From: an uncultured Gammaproteobacteria bacterium
Lineage (GTDB): Bacteria > Pseudomonadota > Gammaproteobacteria > Pseudomonadales > JAHEGP01
Assembly (NCBI GenBank): GCA_963722805.1
Contig: CAVROQ010000033.1
Span: 198,619 to 262,618 of the forward strand
Direction: 5' to 3'
DNA length: 64,000 nt
Shown: piece after piece, positions 36,216 through 45,936 of the stretch
Layout: each line of letters opens with the position of its first letter
Numbering within the stretch: position 1 is the first letter of the stretch
The notes under the pieces: generated by a model
Database searches by the model: none
Told to the model about the DNA's origin: nothing
What the model saw: only the letters and a program-made list of their open reading frames with translations
Program-made: the position numbers and the translations under genes

Positions 36216-37382
36216 ATGGATCTACAGTTTACTGAAGAACAGAATATGCTGCGCGATATGGTCAGGAGCCTGTGTGAAAAATCCAGCAGTATCAGTGTTG
36301 TGCGCGAATTGGAAAACGACCCTGTAGGCGTGCCGGCCGAACTGTGGGGTCAGCTCGCCGATACCGGCATTCTGGGTATGCTGCTGCCGGAGGAATATGG
36401 CGGCCTGGGACTCACTATGGTCGATGCTGCGGTGGTCTACGAAGAGCTGGGTCGAGCACTCGCACCGGGACCGCAGTTTGTGAGTGCGGTCATGGTGCTG
36501 TTGGCGATTAAAGCCGCCGGCACCGCTGAGCAAAAGAGGACACATCTGCCCGCGCTTGGCAGGGGCGATCTTATTGCTACCCCGGCCTGGCTGGAGCCCG
36601 ACAATGGCTATGGCCCCGAAGGTGTGCAGCTGCGCGCCAGCGTTAATGCCGACGGCTATGTGCTGAGTGGCGTCAAACGCCATGTGTTTTATGCAGCTGC
36701 AGCACACAAGCTTTTAGTGCTGGTGCGTACCGGTGACGCCGTCGATGCCATCGACTTGTTACTGCTTGATACCGAGGCGTCGGGAGTAGAGCTGCAACAA
36801 CAGTTGTCGATGGCGTCAGATACCCAGTACCTGGTCACTTTCGACAACGTTCAGATACCCGCTGCCAATCGTATAGGCGCACCGCACAGTGGCTGGCACA
36901 CTTGGCACGCCTGCATGCTGGAGGGGATTATCCTGTTGGCGGCGGCGGCCGTTGGCGGCGCCGAGCGAGCCCTCGACATGACCGTCAAGTACTCCATGGA
37001 ACGCGAGCAGTTCGACAAGCCGATAGGCGCTTTTCAGTCGCTGGCCCACTATATGGCGGATGCGGCAACGGCCATCGCTGGTGCCAAAACCCTGGTACTG
37101 GAGGCGGCCTGGGTGCACGCCCAGGGTGGGTCGGTGGCGCGATTGGCGCCGATGGCAAAGCTGTTCGCCTGCGATACTTTTCGCAATACCACGGCGAAAT
37201 GCGAACAAATCCACGGTGGTTACGGTTTTTGCCTGGAGTACGATATCCAGCTGTTCTACCGTCGTGCCAAGCAACAGCAGCTGAACTGGTGGGATTCCCG
37301 CTATCTCGAACAACGGGTCGCGGCTGATGTCTTTGACGGCGCCGATACGCAGCGAACCGTGGCAGATCCGTTTACCGCTTGA
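36216..37382 (+). CDS. Acyl-CoA dehydrogenase
   Basis: ORF trimmed to ATG 36216. N-terminal FTEEQNMLRDMVRSLCEK and C-terminal QIHGGYGFCLEYDIQLFYRRAK are typical ACAD blocks. Confidence 0.85.
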   Translation: MDLQFTEEQNMLRDMVRSLCEKSSSISVVRELENDPVGVPAELWGQLADTGILGMLLPEEYGGLGLTMVDAAVVYEELGRALAPGPQFVSAVMVLLAIKAAGTAEQKRTHLPALGRGDLIATPAWLEPDNGYGPEGVQLRASVNADGYVLSGVKRHVFYAAAAHKLLVLVRTGDAVDAIDLLLLDTEASGVELQQQLSMASDTQYLVTFDNVQIPAANRIGAPHSGWHTWHACMLEGIILLAAAAVGGAERALDMTVKYSMEREQFDKPIGAFQSLAHYMADAATAIAGAKTLVLEAAWVHAQGGSVARLAPMAKLFACDTFRNTTAKCEQIHGGYGFCLEYDIQLFYRRAKQQQLNWWDSRYLEQRVAADVFDGADTQRTVADPFTA

Positions 37383-37480
37383 ATGGACGGTGATAGTGCC
37401 GCGCCTCAAGGGATGATATTAAGCGATGTCGATGCAGCATTGTCGGCACAATGATGCAAAGCCTTATGCAAGGAGATCCT

Positions 37481-38692
37481 ATGGCCAATGGTGCCCTGGC
37501 AGGAATCAAGGTGGTGGACTTTGGCCAGATGGTGTCGGCGCCCTATTGCGCCAAACTGTTCAGTGATTTTGGTGCCGATGTGATCAAGGTTGAAGCTCCG
37601 GGTGGTGATGCCGCCCGCCGGATGGGGCCGTTTCCCGGCGACATACCCGCAGCGGAAAAAAGTGGTCTCTTTTTCATCAACAATACCAACAAGCGCGGTA
37701 TTACCTGCGATGTTGCAACGGCTGCCGGGCGCGAGCTGTTCCTGCGCTTGCTGGAGTGGGCCGACGTACTGATTGAGAACAACTTGCCCCAGCAGATGCA
37801 AGCCTGGAAACTCGATTATCCAAGCCTGCAGCGCGTCAACCAGAGGCTGGTAGTTATCTCGATTACCCCGTTTGGCCAGACTGGCCCCTACAGTGGCTGG
37901 AACGCCTACGACCTCAATGCCTATCACCTTTCAGGTGCCAGTAACCGCTACTGTGGTCGTCCGGGAGAAATGCCGCTGGAGCACGGTACCTTCGCCGCCG
38001 ACTATTTCGGTGCCGTAACCGCGGCGAGCTGGGGCCTTGGCGCGTACTATGGCCGCGAAGCTGTGGGCAGCGGGCAGTGTGTAGATGTGTCCTGTGCAGA
38101 AGCTATCGCCGCTACCTTTGTTGGCGGCCAGACTATCGGTGGTTTTGCCCAGGACGGCGTTTTCGACAAGCGCACCGGGGTTGGGCTGCCCCAGGGCGCG
38201 CCCGCGACCATTGTGCCTTGTCGCGACGGTCATGTATGGATGCTGGCGTTGGAGCCGGGGCAGTGGAACGGTCTGCGGGAGGTCATGGGAAACCCTGAAT
38301 GGGCCGAGCTGGAATTGTTCCAGGATATGCGGGCGCGGGCCCAGAACGCGGATTTAATCTACCCGTTTATCGAAGAGTGGGCGCTGCAACACGACAAGAT
38401 GGAGATCATGGAAAAATGCCAGGCGGCCGGCTGCCCGATAACCGCGGTGTTTACCATTGCTGAAGCTGCCGAGCATCCCCATTTAGCCGCGCGGGATTAC
38501 TTTGTCGATATCGAGCATCCGCAACTCGGTCGGGTGAAGAATCTTGGTGTCCCGTTCAAACTGCCGGCATCGCCCGGTGGGCCGTGCCGACCGGCCCCAC
38601 TGCTGGGGCAGCACAATGTCGAGGTCTATGGTGCTATTCACGGTTTGTCTCCGGAGCAGCTGGACGAGTATCGGGCTCAAGGCGCGATCTAA
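37481..38692 (+). CDS. Family III CoA-transferase
   Basis: ORF trimmed to ATG 37481 (AAGGAG upstream). LAGIKVVDFGQMVSAPYCAKLFSDFGADVIKVEAPGGD. Conserved Asp block GTFAADYFG...VGSGQC. Confidence 0.8.
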   Translation: MANGALAGIKVVDFGQMVSAPYCAKLFSDFGADVIKVEAPGGDAARRMGPFPGDIPAAEKSGLFFINNTNKRGITCDVATAAGRELFLRLLEWADVLIENNLPQQMQAWKLDYPSLQRVNQRLVVISITPFGQTGPYSGWNAYDLNAYHLSGASNRYCGRPGEMPLEHGTFAADYFGAVTAASWGLGAYYGREAVGSGQCVDVSCAEAIAATFVGGQTIGGFAQDGVFDKRTGVGLPQGAPATIVPCRDGHVWMLALEPGQWNGLREVMGNPEWAELELFQDMRARAQNADLIYPFIEEWALQHDKMEIMEKCQAAGCPITAVFTIAEAAEHPHLAARDYFVDIEHPQLGRVKNLGVPFKLPASPGGPCRPAPLLGQHNVEVYGAIHGLSPEQLDEYRAQGAI

Positions 38693-38714
38693 AAAAATAT
38701 CGAATTCGAGGTCC

Positions 38715-39956
38715 ATGAGTCAGGAGAATCTGCCGATGCCACAGACATTGCCGCTACAGGGAATCCGGGTTGTCAATTTTGGCTGGGTCTGGGCGGGCCC
38801 GGTCACAGGGCAAACACTGGCCTTTATGGGAGCCGAGGTTTTCAAGGTTGAGTCCCATGCCCGGGTAGATATGACCCGCAACCTGCCGCCCTTTGCCGGC
38901 GGCGAGCACGGCCCCAATCGCAGTCTTTCCAACCATGCCTGCTGGGCGGGCAACGGCTCGGTCTCGCTCAACCTGAAGAAGCCCGAGGCGTTGGAGCTGG
39001 TACTGCAGCTCATCGCCCGGTCCGATGTGGTGATCGAGAATTTTGGGCCCGGGGTGATGGGAAAAATGGGTCTCGGCTACGAGGTGCTGCGCGGGGTAAA
39101 AGACGACATCATAATGTTCTCGATGCCAGCGACCGGTTTGTATGGGCCGCTGAAAGAAGTGCGTACCTACGGTTTAAGCCTCACCTCAATGACCGGTTTA
39201 GACAGCCTTGTGGGATATAAGAACGGTGGCCCGATCCCGGTTGAAAACGCCTTCTCAGACCCTTTTGCCGGAATTTTCGGCTCCTTTGCGATCATCGCTG
39301 CTCTCAATCATCGGCGTAATACCGGCGTGGGCCAGCACATCGATTTCTCCCAGCAGGAAGCGATTATGCAAATGGTCGGGCCCGCCTATATGGATTACGT
39401 TTTCAACCAGCGCTGCGGTGGTCCCAAGGGCAATGAGCATCCGCTGGCAATGGCGGCGCCCCACGGTGTGTTTCCCTGTGCCGGAGACGACCGCTGGATT
39501 AGTATTGCGGTACCCGACGAGGCGCAATGGCAGCAGTTAACGCAGGCGATGGGAGATCCACAGTGGGCTGGGGAAGAGGCGTTCGCCAGCCTTGCGCAGC
39601 GGCTGGAAAACATTGATCTACTGCACCGCCGGATTGCCGCCTGGACGGCCGGTTTTGACGATCGGGAACTGGCCGATCGACTGCAGGCCCATGGCGTGGC
39701 GGCCGCGCCGGTACTGGATGTCTCCGACCTGCTCAACGACCCCCACTATCGTGCAAGAGGCACCTTCATCGAGGTGCAGCACCCACTGGGTTTTGGCGAA
39801 ACGATTTACGGCGCCTATGTAAAAAACAGTGGCTACCAGCCAGCGGTTGCGCCCGGCCCCGTGATTGGTCAGGACAACGACTACGTATTCAAGAATCTGC
39901 TCGGGCTTTCCGCGGCGCGCTACCAGCAGTTACAAGACGAGCAGGTTATCTACTAG
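38715..39956 (+). CDS. Family III CoA-transferase
   Basis: ORF trimmed to ATG 38715, 22 bp after the previous CoA-transferase gene. LQGIRVVNFGWVWAGPVTGQTLAFMGAEVFKVESHAR. Asp block NAFSDPFAG...TGVGQH. Confidence 0.8.
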   Translation: MSQENLPMPQTLPLQGIRVVNFGWVWAGPVTGQTLAFMGAEVFKVESHARVDMTRNLPPFAGGEHGPNRSLSNHACWAGNGSVSLNLKKPEALELVLQLIARSDVVIENFGPGVMGKMGLGYEVLRGVKDDIIMFSMPATGLYGPLKEVRTYGLSLTSMTGLDSLVGYKNGGPIPVENAFSDPFAGIFGSFAIIAALNHRRNTGVGQHIDFSQQEAIMQMVGPAYMDYVFNQRCGGPKGNEHPLAMAAPHGVFPCAGDDRWISIAVPDEAQWQQLTQAMGDPQWAGEEAFASLAQRLENIDLLHRRIAAWTAGFDDRELADRLQAHGVAAAPVLDVSDLLNDPHYRARGTFIEVQHPLGFGETIYGAYVKNSGYQPAVAPGPVIGQDNDYVFKNLLGLSAARYQQLQDEQVIY

Positions 39957-40009
39957 CAGCTATATGCCAGCCATGGCGAAAGCGACCGTCAGCGCGCTAC
40001 ACTGGGCTA

Positions 40010-41068
40010 GTGGAATTCATTGGCAAGGCCTATTGCAGGATGCGGTACCTGAAATTAGCGAAGCGCAGACGTCGTCATCCCGCAGCGAGGGGTGCTGGAT
40101 GTTATGCACCGACAGCGGCAAGTGTCGTGTCGTTATTGCAGCTGCTACGACGGCTGATATTATCTTCGCTGGCCTTATCGGTGCTGTGCCATCCCATGGC
40201 CAGCCGGGCCACTGTGCCGGCTGCTGAAGCGGAAAAGCTGTCAGAGTTTCAGCAGTTGGCACTGAACCTGCGTCAGACTCCACGGGATATCAGGGCCGAC
40301 TTTGCCGCTGTGGCCATAGCCGAAACCGCGGCGATGTATCGCGTGGAGTATGCGCGGGCGCAAGCCTATACCGGTAGCAGCTCGAGCCTGGCCGCATGGG
40401 CAAGGGGGGTGGAAGACTATGCCGCTCGGCTGGCGGCTCTGGGCACCAGTATTACCCCGCATAGCTCGATTAGTATTCAGCGCGGTATGGACTCACACAT
40501 TCACCTGCAGGCACGGGGTGAAGTGGCTATACTCAGCGCGCCGCGGATGCACCAGCAGCGAATGCTGGAGGAGCGGATTACCCGACATTTTTGCAGCCAG
40601 TATCCCTGTGACAGTTTGATAGAGGGTTACTCTCCGGGCTCGGATCGAGGCATCGAAACCTTGCCCCATTGGACCTTCAGGCTCAGTCCGGTTCCCTCCT
40701 GCAATAGTGGTGATGGACTTGAGCTGATGTTCAGCAGTGATGCATCGCTGCTGAAAAAGCGCAGCCTATGCAAGCAATTGTTTAGCGAGTTCGCGAGGCT
40801 GGCAGCCGCCCTCGCAGAACAGTCAGGCAAGGGGGTAGAGCTTGACTGGCAGCGGCTGGCGGTGCGCCCGGGCACGGCAGGTGGCAAGGAACGTGTGCTT
40901 CTGAATGACCGCGATAGTCTCGAACTCTCGCTACCTGCCTGTGGCGCCAGCCCACAACTGCTGGCCCGGGTAATGCCCTGGTTGCGAACCAAAGCTGAAC
41001 GCCAGGGCAATCACGGGATCATGCTGGTGGTTACCAATACCGAGGGCCTGGTGGCCGCGCTGTTATAG
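40010..41068 (+). CDS. Hypothetical protein, probably secreted (start uncertain)
   Basis: 352-aa ORF. Signal-peptide-like LLRRLILSSLALSVLCHPMASRA about 40-65 aa in, so the true start may be an internal GTG/TTG near 40127. No recognisable domain. Confidence 0.4.
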   Translation: MEFIGKAYCRMRYLKLAKRRRRHPAARGAGCYAPTAASVVSLLQLLRRLILSSLALSVLCHPMASRATVPAAEAEKLSEFQQLALNLRQTPRDIRADFAAVAIAETAAMYRVEYARAQAYTGSSSSLAAWARGVEDYAARLAALGTSITPHSSISIQRGMDSHIHLQARGEVAILSAPRMHQQRMLEERITRHFCSQYPCDSLIEGYSPGSDRGIETLPHWTFRLSPVPSCNSGDGLELMFSSDASLLKKRSLCKQLFSEFARLAAALAEQSGKGVELDWQRLAVRPGTAGGKERVLLNDRDSLELSLPACGASPQLLARVMPWLRTKAERQGNHGIMLVVTNTEGLVAALL

Positions 41069-41368
41069 TGCATTAGCGGGATAGTTCGGCGGCGAGTCTG
41101 GAACAGATATATAGCACTGCAGACTACCGCTACAATCTCCATGGCTAACAGGGTTTCGCCAAAGGGTGGTGGCTCTGCGCGGATCTTGCCCCCTCCCTGT
41201 CGACTCCGGCCGGTTCCGCGCCCGGCCCGGAGGTGACACTTTGCAATCGAAACTCAAGCCGGCCAATGCCTGGGTGTTAGCACCACAAGGGCCCTGGTCG
41301 GTGTGCTGGTGCATTATTCGGGTTAAAATCCAGACCACTGCAAAACAGCCGCTAAAGGAAGCTCGGTC

Positions 41369-42199
41369 ATGGCTATTGAAGACAACGGGGTGTTGTTTCG
41401 CGTCGAGGACAATGTCGGCATCATTACTCTCAACCGTCCGGACAAACTGAATGCGGTGAGTTGGGAGTTGGCTGAAGAACTGGCTGCGCTGTTCTACTCA
41501 CTGAGGTTTAAAGATGAGGTGCGGGCCATTGTTCTCACCGGGGCAGGGCGCGCCTTCTGTGCCGGTGGCGATGTCGATTTTCTCACCGGCGACAGTGATC
41601 GGCCGATGCCGGGCACCTCCGATGCATCGCGGCCGATTCCGCGTTCGCAACGCAAAACCCCGGGCGGACCATTTGTCGATGTGGTGCGCCAGATTGTAGC
41701 GGTCGACAAGCCGGTGATCGCCGCAATCCATGGTCCCGCTGTAGGCGCTGGCCTGGGTTACTCGATAGCCTGCGACCGCCGCTTTGGCGATACCACAACC
41801 AAAATGTCAGCCATCTTTACCAATATCGGAGTATCACCCGACTGCGGTGTGTCGTGGTTTTTACCGCGACTGGTCGGTTTCTCCAACGCCCTGATGATGG
41901 TGGAAACAGGCCGCATTCTAAAGGCCGAAGAGTGCAAGTCGATAGGACTGCTGGATGAGTTGGTGCCCGAGGGCGAGGCATTCCAGGCGGCACTGGACTA
42001 CGCAAAAATGATCGCCCAGCGTGCCAGTGTAGCGGTGGATATGGCGCGCCGTTTGATTCATATGTCACAGGTTTGCACGCTGGAAGAAATTCTCGACTAC
42101 GAGGCGGTGGCCGGTACGATGGTGGCATCGGCCCGGGACGCGAAAGAAGGCACCCTGGCGTTTATGGAAAAGCGCAAACCGGTATTCAAGGGTTTCTAA
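41369..42199 (+). CDS. Enoyl-CoA hydratase/isomerase (crotonase)
   Basis: 276 aa. ITLNRPDKLNAV...LTGAGRAFCAGGDV...AAIHGPAVGAGLGYSIACD...FMEKRKPVFKG. Confidence 0.85.
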   Translation: MAIEDNGVLFRVEDNVGIITLNRPDKLNAVSWELAEELAALFYSLRFKDEVRAIVLTGAGRAFCAGGDVDFLTGDSDRPMPGTSDASRPIPRSQRKTPGGPFVDVVRQIVAVDKPVIAAIHGPAVGAGLGYSIACDRRFGDTTTKMSAIFTNIGVSPDCGVSWFLPRLVGFSNALMMVETGRILKAEECKSIGLLDELVPEGEAFQAALDYAKMIAQRASVAVDMARRLIHMSQVCTLEEILDYEAVAGTMVASARDAKEGTLAFMEKRKPVFKGF

Positions 42200-42256
42200 G
42201 CCGGATGTTGCATCATGCAGGCCAGGGGACGCCGCTGAGCGGACGGCAATAGCCGG

Positions 42257-43156
42257 CTAGGAAAACTTGCTGATGACGTCGTCGGCAAAGCGGCGTATAG
42301 CATCTTGCTTGATCGCAAGCGAGGGTTGTTGTTGCATGATCGCGCCGACGCCCATCTCGGCCAATATGCGCTCGCTCCAGGGTGTCACCTGAAGATCGGT
42401 CACTCCTGCATCTTCCAGCCACCGGATATCGTCTATGCTCTCGGCGTCGGGGCAATGCATCATCACATCGAAGGGCTCGTTTTCACGGCCGTACTCCCGC
42501 AGGTAGCCCTTAAGCTCGGCCATCAGAGTCTCCACCTCACTCATCGAATGGATGACGCTGACCCAGCCGTCACCATGACGTGCAGCGCGGCGCAGTGCTG
42601 GCCTGGTGGTGCCGCCGACATAAATGGGTATGCGCTTTTTCGGTACCGGCGCCATGATCAGCCTGTCGAAGTCGTAGTATTTGCCATGGAACTCAACCAT
42701 CCCGCCCTGCAGTAACAGGCGGATTATTTCAATGGCTTCGTCCTGCCGTGCGCCACGGGTCTTTTTGTCCTGGCCCAGCCACCTAAACTCTTCGGGCATC
42801 CACGCCAGACCTACACCCAGGGCAACCCGGTCGTTGGAGACCGCTGCAACCGAGCACAGACTCTTGGCTTCCAGTAGCGGCTGGCGCACCGCCAGTCGCA
42901 GCACCGAGGGTAAAAATCGAATGCGTGTGGTGACAGTGGCCATGGCAGTAATCGCCACCCAGGGGTCTAGCACCGGAAGGTCCAGGGGCCAGAAGCGTTT
43001 GCCGTCAGGAGTGTAGGGGTAGGGTACCGAAATCTGCTCCGGAAAAAACGGTGCATCGGCTACCTGGATACTATCCCAGCCGCAGTCATCTGCGGTCCGG
43101 GCAAGCGCCTGGTGCTCCGAGGGATCTACCATAAACAGGTGAAAGCCGAATCTCAT
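42257..43156 (-). CDS. Luciferase-like monooxygenase (LLM) class flavin/F420-dependent oxidoreductase
   Basis: 299 aa. RIRFLPSVLRLAVRQPLLEAK...ALGVGLAWMPEEF...IPIYVGGTTRPALRRAARHGDGW resembles the Rv2161c-type LLM subgroup (from memory). Confidence 0.7.
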   Translation of the reverse strand: MRFGFHLFMVDPSEHQALARTADDCGWDSIQVADAPFFPEQISVPYPYTPDGKRFWPLDLPVLDPWVAITAMATVTTRIRFLPSVLRLAVRQPLLEAKSLCSVAAVSNDRVALGVGLAWMPEEFRWLGQDKKTRGARQDEAIEIIRLLLQGGMVEFHGKYYDFDRLIMAPVPKKRIPIYVGGTTRPALRRAARHGDGWVSVIHSMSEVETLMAELKGYLREYGRENEPFDVMMHCPDAESIDDIRWLEDAGVTDLQVTPWSERILAEMGVGAIMQQQPSLAIKQDAIRRFADDVISKFS

Positions 43157-43198
43157 GGCGCCATGCTCCCAATCGTGTTCTCTATATCCTGGCCGGGT

Positions 43199-45196
43199 CT
43201 AAATCGCGAGGCCGACACTGGCGCCGTGCCGGGTAGCTTCGGCCATATGGCGTGGTATCCAGGCCGAGCCGGCGATATACAGTTGGGCTATGCTGGCCTC
43301 GGCCTTGAGTTGGTCATAGAGGCCGTTTTCCGGCACCGAGCCACAAACCAGCACCACGCTATCGAAACCTTGCTGGCGGTAGGTTCTGGTCCCGAATGCC
43401 GAGACCAAATCAAAACCATCAGCCTGCACCGCGCTTAGTAGCAGGTTGGGGTGAACCACCACATTGCACTGTTCCATCCGCGCAAGCAGCATGCCGATAG
43501 AGTAGCGGGGCACATCAGAACCGATGTGGGTAGATTTGTGGAATACCTCCACCTGCTTGCCTTGCTCGCTCAGGTACTCGGCGATGGTCGGTGTCTCGTA
43601 ATAGTCTTCCATCGAGATAATGGCAACGCGCTGGCCCACCGTGGCACGGCCGCGCATCAGGTCCCAGCCCTGCACCACATGAGGCAAGTCGATGCCGGGT
43701 ATATCGGCGGGGACGCGGGGTATCGACCCGGTGGCAATCACCACCGCATCAGGGGCGTGGGCTTTGATTGCCGCGATATCTGCGGCGCTGTTGAGGTGGA
43801 CATCGACCCCGAGGCGAACCATTTCGTTTTCTTCGAAGTAGATCTGGTCCTCGAAGTCGTCGCGCCCCGGGCACTTTGCGGCCAGTAGCAATTGGCCGCC
43901 CATGCGCGCGCCCTGCTCCAGCAGGATGACCTGGTGGCCGCGCATAGCGGCGACCCTTGCGGCTTCTGCACCGGCAAGGCCGCCGCCAACCACCACCACG
44001 CGCTTGCTGCGGGCGGCAGGCTTACATTCTTGCTGCCAGCGGAGTTCGTTGCCGATCACCGGATTGATCGAACAGGTGGGTGTATAGGGAAAGGTCTTCG
44101 GCTCCGAGGCTTCATCGATGCAGCGGGTGCAGCTGATGCAGCGGCGGATCTCGTTGAGGCGTCCCTCTTTGGCTTTGATCGCGAAGTTCTCATCGGCAAT
44201 GCCGGCGCGCACCATGCCCACCAGGTCGCAGTAGCCTTGTTTGAGAATCTCCTCCGCCAATACCGGGTCGTTGATGCGACCGGTAAACAGTACCGCGGGC
44301 TTTGGGCTCATCTCGGCCAGGTCGGCTTTTGCCGCTTTGCCAAATTCCTTGAACTGGGCGTGGCCATAGAAGGAATTGGGTACATAGGACGGAGCGCCCC
44401 AGCAGTGTCCGGCATCGATATCGACAAAATCCAGCAGCCCGGTTTCTGCGATAGCATACAGCATCTCCCGCATTTCCATATTGTCGAATCCGCCCTGGCG
44501 AAATTCCCGTCCACTGATGCGAATGCCCAGCGCCAGTGACTTGCCAACCCGGTCACGAATACGCTGCAGTGCTGCCACCACAAAACGCACTCTCTGCTGC
44601 GGCCCGCCGCCCCAGCGGTCGGTGCGCCTATTGGTGACCGGAGATAAAAAGCTGTGTCCGAGGGTTTCGTGGGCGCAGTGAATTTCCAGTCCGTCGGCGC
44701 CGGCATCTTTTGCCACCGCAGCGGCATCGGCATAGGTATTGATACAAAATTCGATGTCATCCTCGCCCAGCACATGGGGGGTATAATCTTGCGCCCCGAT
44801 CACCGGTACCGCTGAAGGCGACCAAACCGAACTGAGGTGAGTGAGCTGCACCACTGCCACCGAGCCGCTGGCGTGAACTTCGGCATAAAATTTCTTCAGA
44901 TCTTCGGCAAATGCGGGATCCTGGTAGGCAGCCTGGTGAGAGGCAAAGCCCACGGACAAACCAATCTCGTCCGGCGTTTCGGGCGGGAAGGGAAAATTCA
45001 ACAGCCAGGTTTCGCTACCAATCCAGCCGGTGCCGCCGCGGGCCTTGGCGCCGTGGTGAGCGATAAAATTGGCGTCGAGCCTGCCCGGCACCATCGATGA
45101 ATTAATGGTGTTGGTGGTTTCACAAATGCGGTTGGGTACTGTCATGGGCCCGACTTGCAGGGGCTCAAAAAGATGGTCGAAGTGGGCTTTAGTCAC
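43199..45196 (-). CDS. NADH:flavin oxidoreductase with FeS and FAD/NAD(P) domains (2,4-dienoyl-CoA reductase FadH / BaiCD / OYE-fusion family)
   Basis: 665 aa. N-terminal OYE-like TIM barrel, a CISCTRCIDE cluster motif, then VVVVGGGLAGAEAARVAAMRGHQVILLE dinucleotide fold. Confidence 0.85.
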   Translation of the reverse strand: MTKAHFDHLFEPLQVGPMTVPNRICETTNTINSSMVPGRLDANFIAHHGAKARGGTGWIGSETWLLNFPFPPETPDEIGLSVGFASHQAAYQDPAFAEDLKKFYAEVHASGSVAVVQLTHLSSVWSPSAVPVIGAQDYTPHVLGEDDIEFCINTYADAAAVAKDAGADGLEIHCAHETLGHSFLSPVTNRRTDRWGGGPQQRVRFVVAALQRIRDRVGKSLALGIRISGREFRQGGFDNMEMREMLYAIAETGLLDFVDIDAGHCWGAPSYVPNSFYGHAQFKEFGKAAKADLAEMSPKPAVLFTGRINDPVLAEEILKQGYCDLVGMVRAGIADENFAIKAKEGRLNEIRRCISCTRCIDEASEPKTFPYTPTCSINPVIGNELRWQQECKPAARSKRVVVVGGGLAGAEAARVAAMRGHQVILLEQGARMGGQLLLAAKCPGRDDFEDQIYFEENEMVRLGVDVHLNSAADIAAIKAHAPDAVVIATGSIPRVPADIPGIDLPHVVQGWDLMRGRATVGQRVAIISMEDYYETPTIAEYLSEQGKQVEVFHKSTHIGSDVPRYSIGMLLARMEQCNVVVHPNLLLSAVQADGFDLVSAFGTRTYRQQGFDSVVLVCGSVPENGLYDQLKAEASIAQLYIAGSAWIPRHMAEATRHGASVGLAI

Positions 45197-45377
45197 GTCA
45201 TTGTGCTCCTGTTATGTGCGGTCTTTTGTCTTCTCGGGAACCGGGCAAGCCGGGAACCAAAACAGTCATTGTTTCAAACAAGATTCTGAGCATTTGTTTA
45301 GCAAAACCTTGCCGCGCCGGCCGGGGGGATGCAAGGTTTACAATGCGGTGAAACTGCCCGGTATTGCCCCACAGTTT

Positions 45378-45897
45378 TCAGGCTGGCTTAGTCGGTGACA
45401 GAATAATCACTGCAAAAGGACGATCAGTCTGGTCCTGGAAATAGCCCCAGGGCGGAAACATGGCAACCAGCTTGGGCCACAAGTCTGCGCGCTCTTCAGC
45501 TGTTTGCGCTGCGAGCCCTTGCCTTTATTACCCGGCGGTCACATTGTACCTCGCAATCGGGATTGGCGTTGACATTCAGTACCCAGGCCGGATGCGAGTC
45601 GTAGCCGGCCAGGGACCCAACCACAATCATGTCCTCGCCGTGCTGCATAAATACCAATGGTGTGGTGCGCATTTCGCCGGATTTGCGTCCCCGGGCTTTC
45701 AGTAGCAGAGTGGGCAGTCCTGAGGGTGAGCCCTTGCCGGTAGACCAGCCATCGGGGTTGGCCAGATAGCGCTCAACGTCGGCATGGGCGTCGCCCTTGA
45801 TCCGTTCCAGCGACTCAGTCGCCTGCTGCATTGCCGCCCATTGCTCATCGTCCATGAAATCCGGCTTTTGCATTTTGTCGCGGTTAGTGTCGGCCAT
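45378..45897 (-). pseudogene. Deazaflavin-dependent nitroreductase (DDN/DUF385) family gene interrupted by a 1-nt frameshift
   Basis: ORF 45496..45897 ends ...VIKARARSANS*. The expected family C-terminus (AAQTAEERADLWPKLVAMFPPWGYFQDQTDRPFAVIILSPTKPA*) continues in the adjacent frame to the stop at 45378-45380. Core block GRKSGEMRTTPLVF...HPAWVLNVNANP. Confidence 0.55.
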
Positions 45898-45936
45898 AAT
45901 CGATCTCTCTTGTCATTGTTTTCCAGGCTTGCCTTA

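Noticed and set aside
41130-41368. Possible riboswitch or ncRNA in the 300-bp gap before the crotonase gene, which is GC-rich with some resemblance to the 180-bp repeat
   Set aside because: I could not find a convincing conserved fold or a match to any RNA family I know (SRP, 6S, tmRNA, common riboswitches). The resemblance to the repeat is limited to GC-rich CCGG runs.
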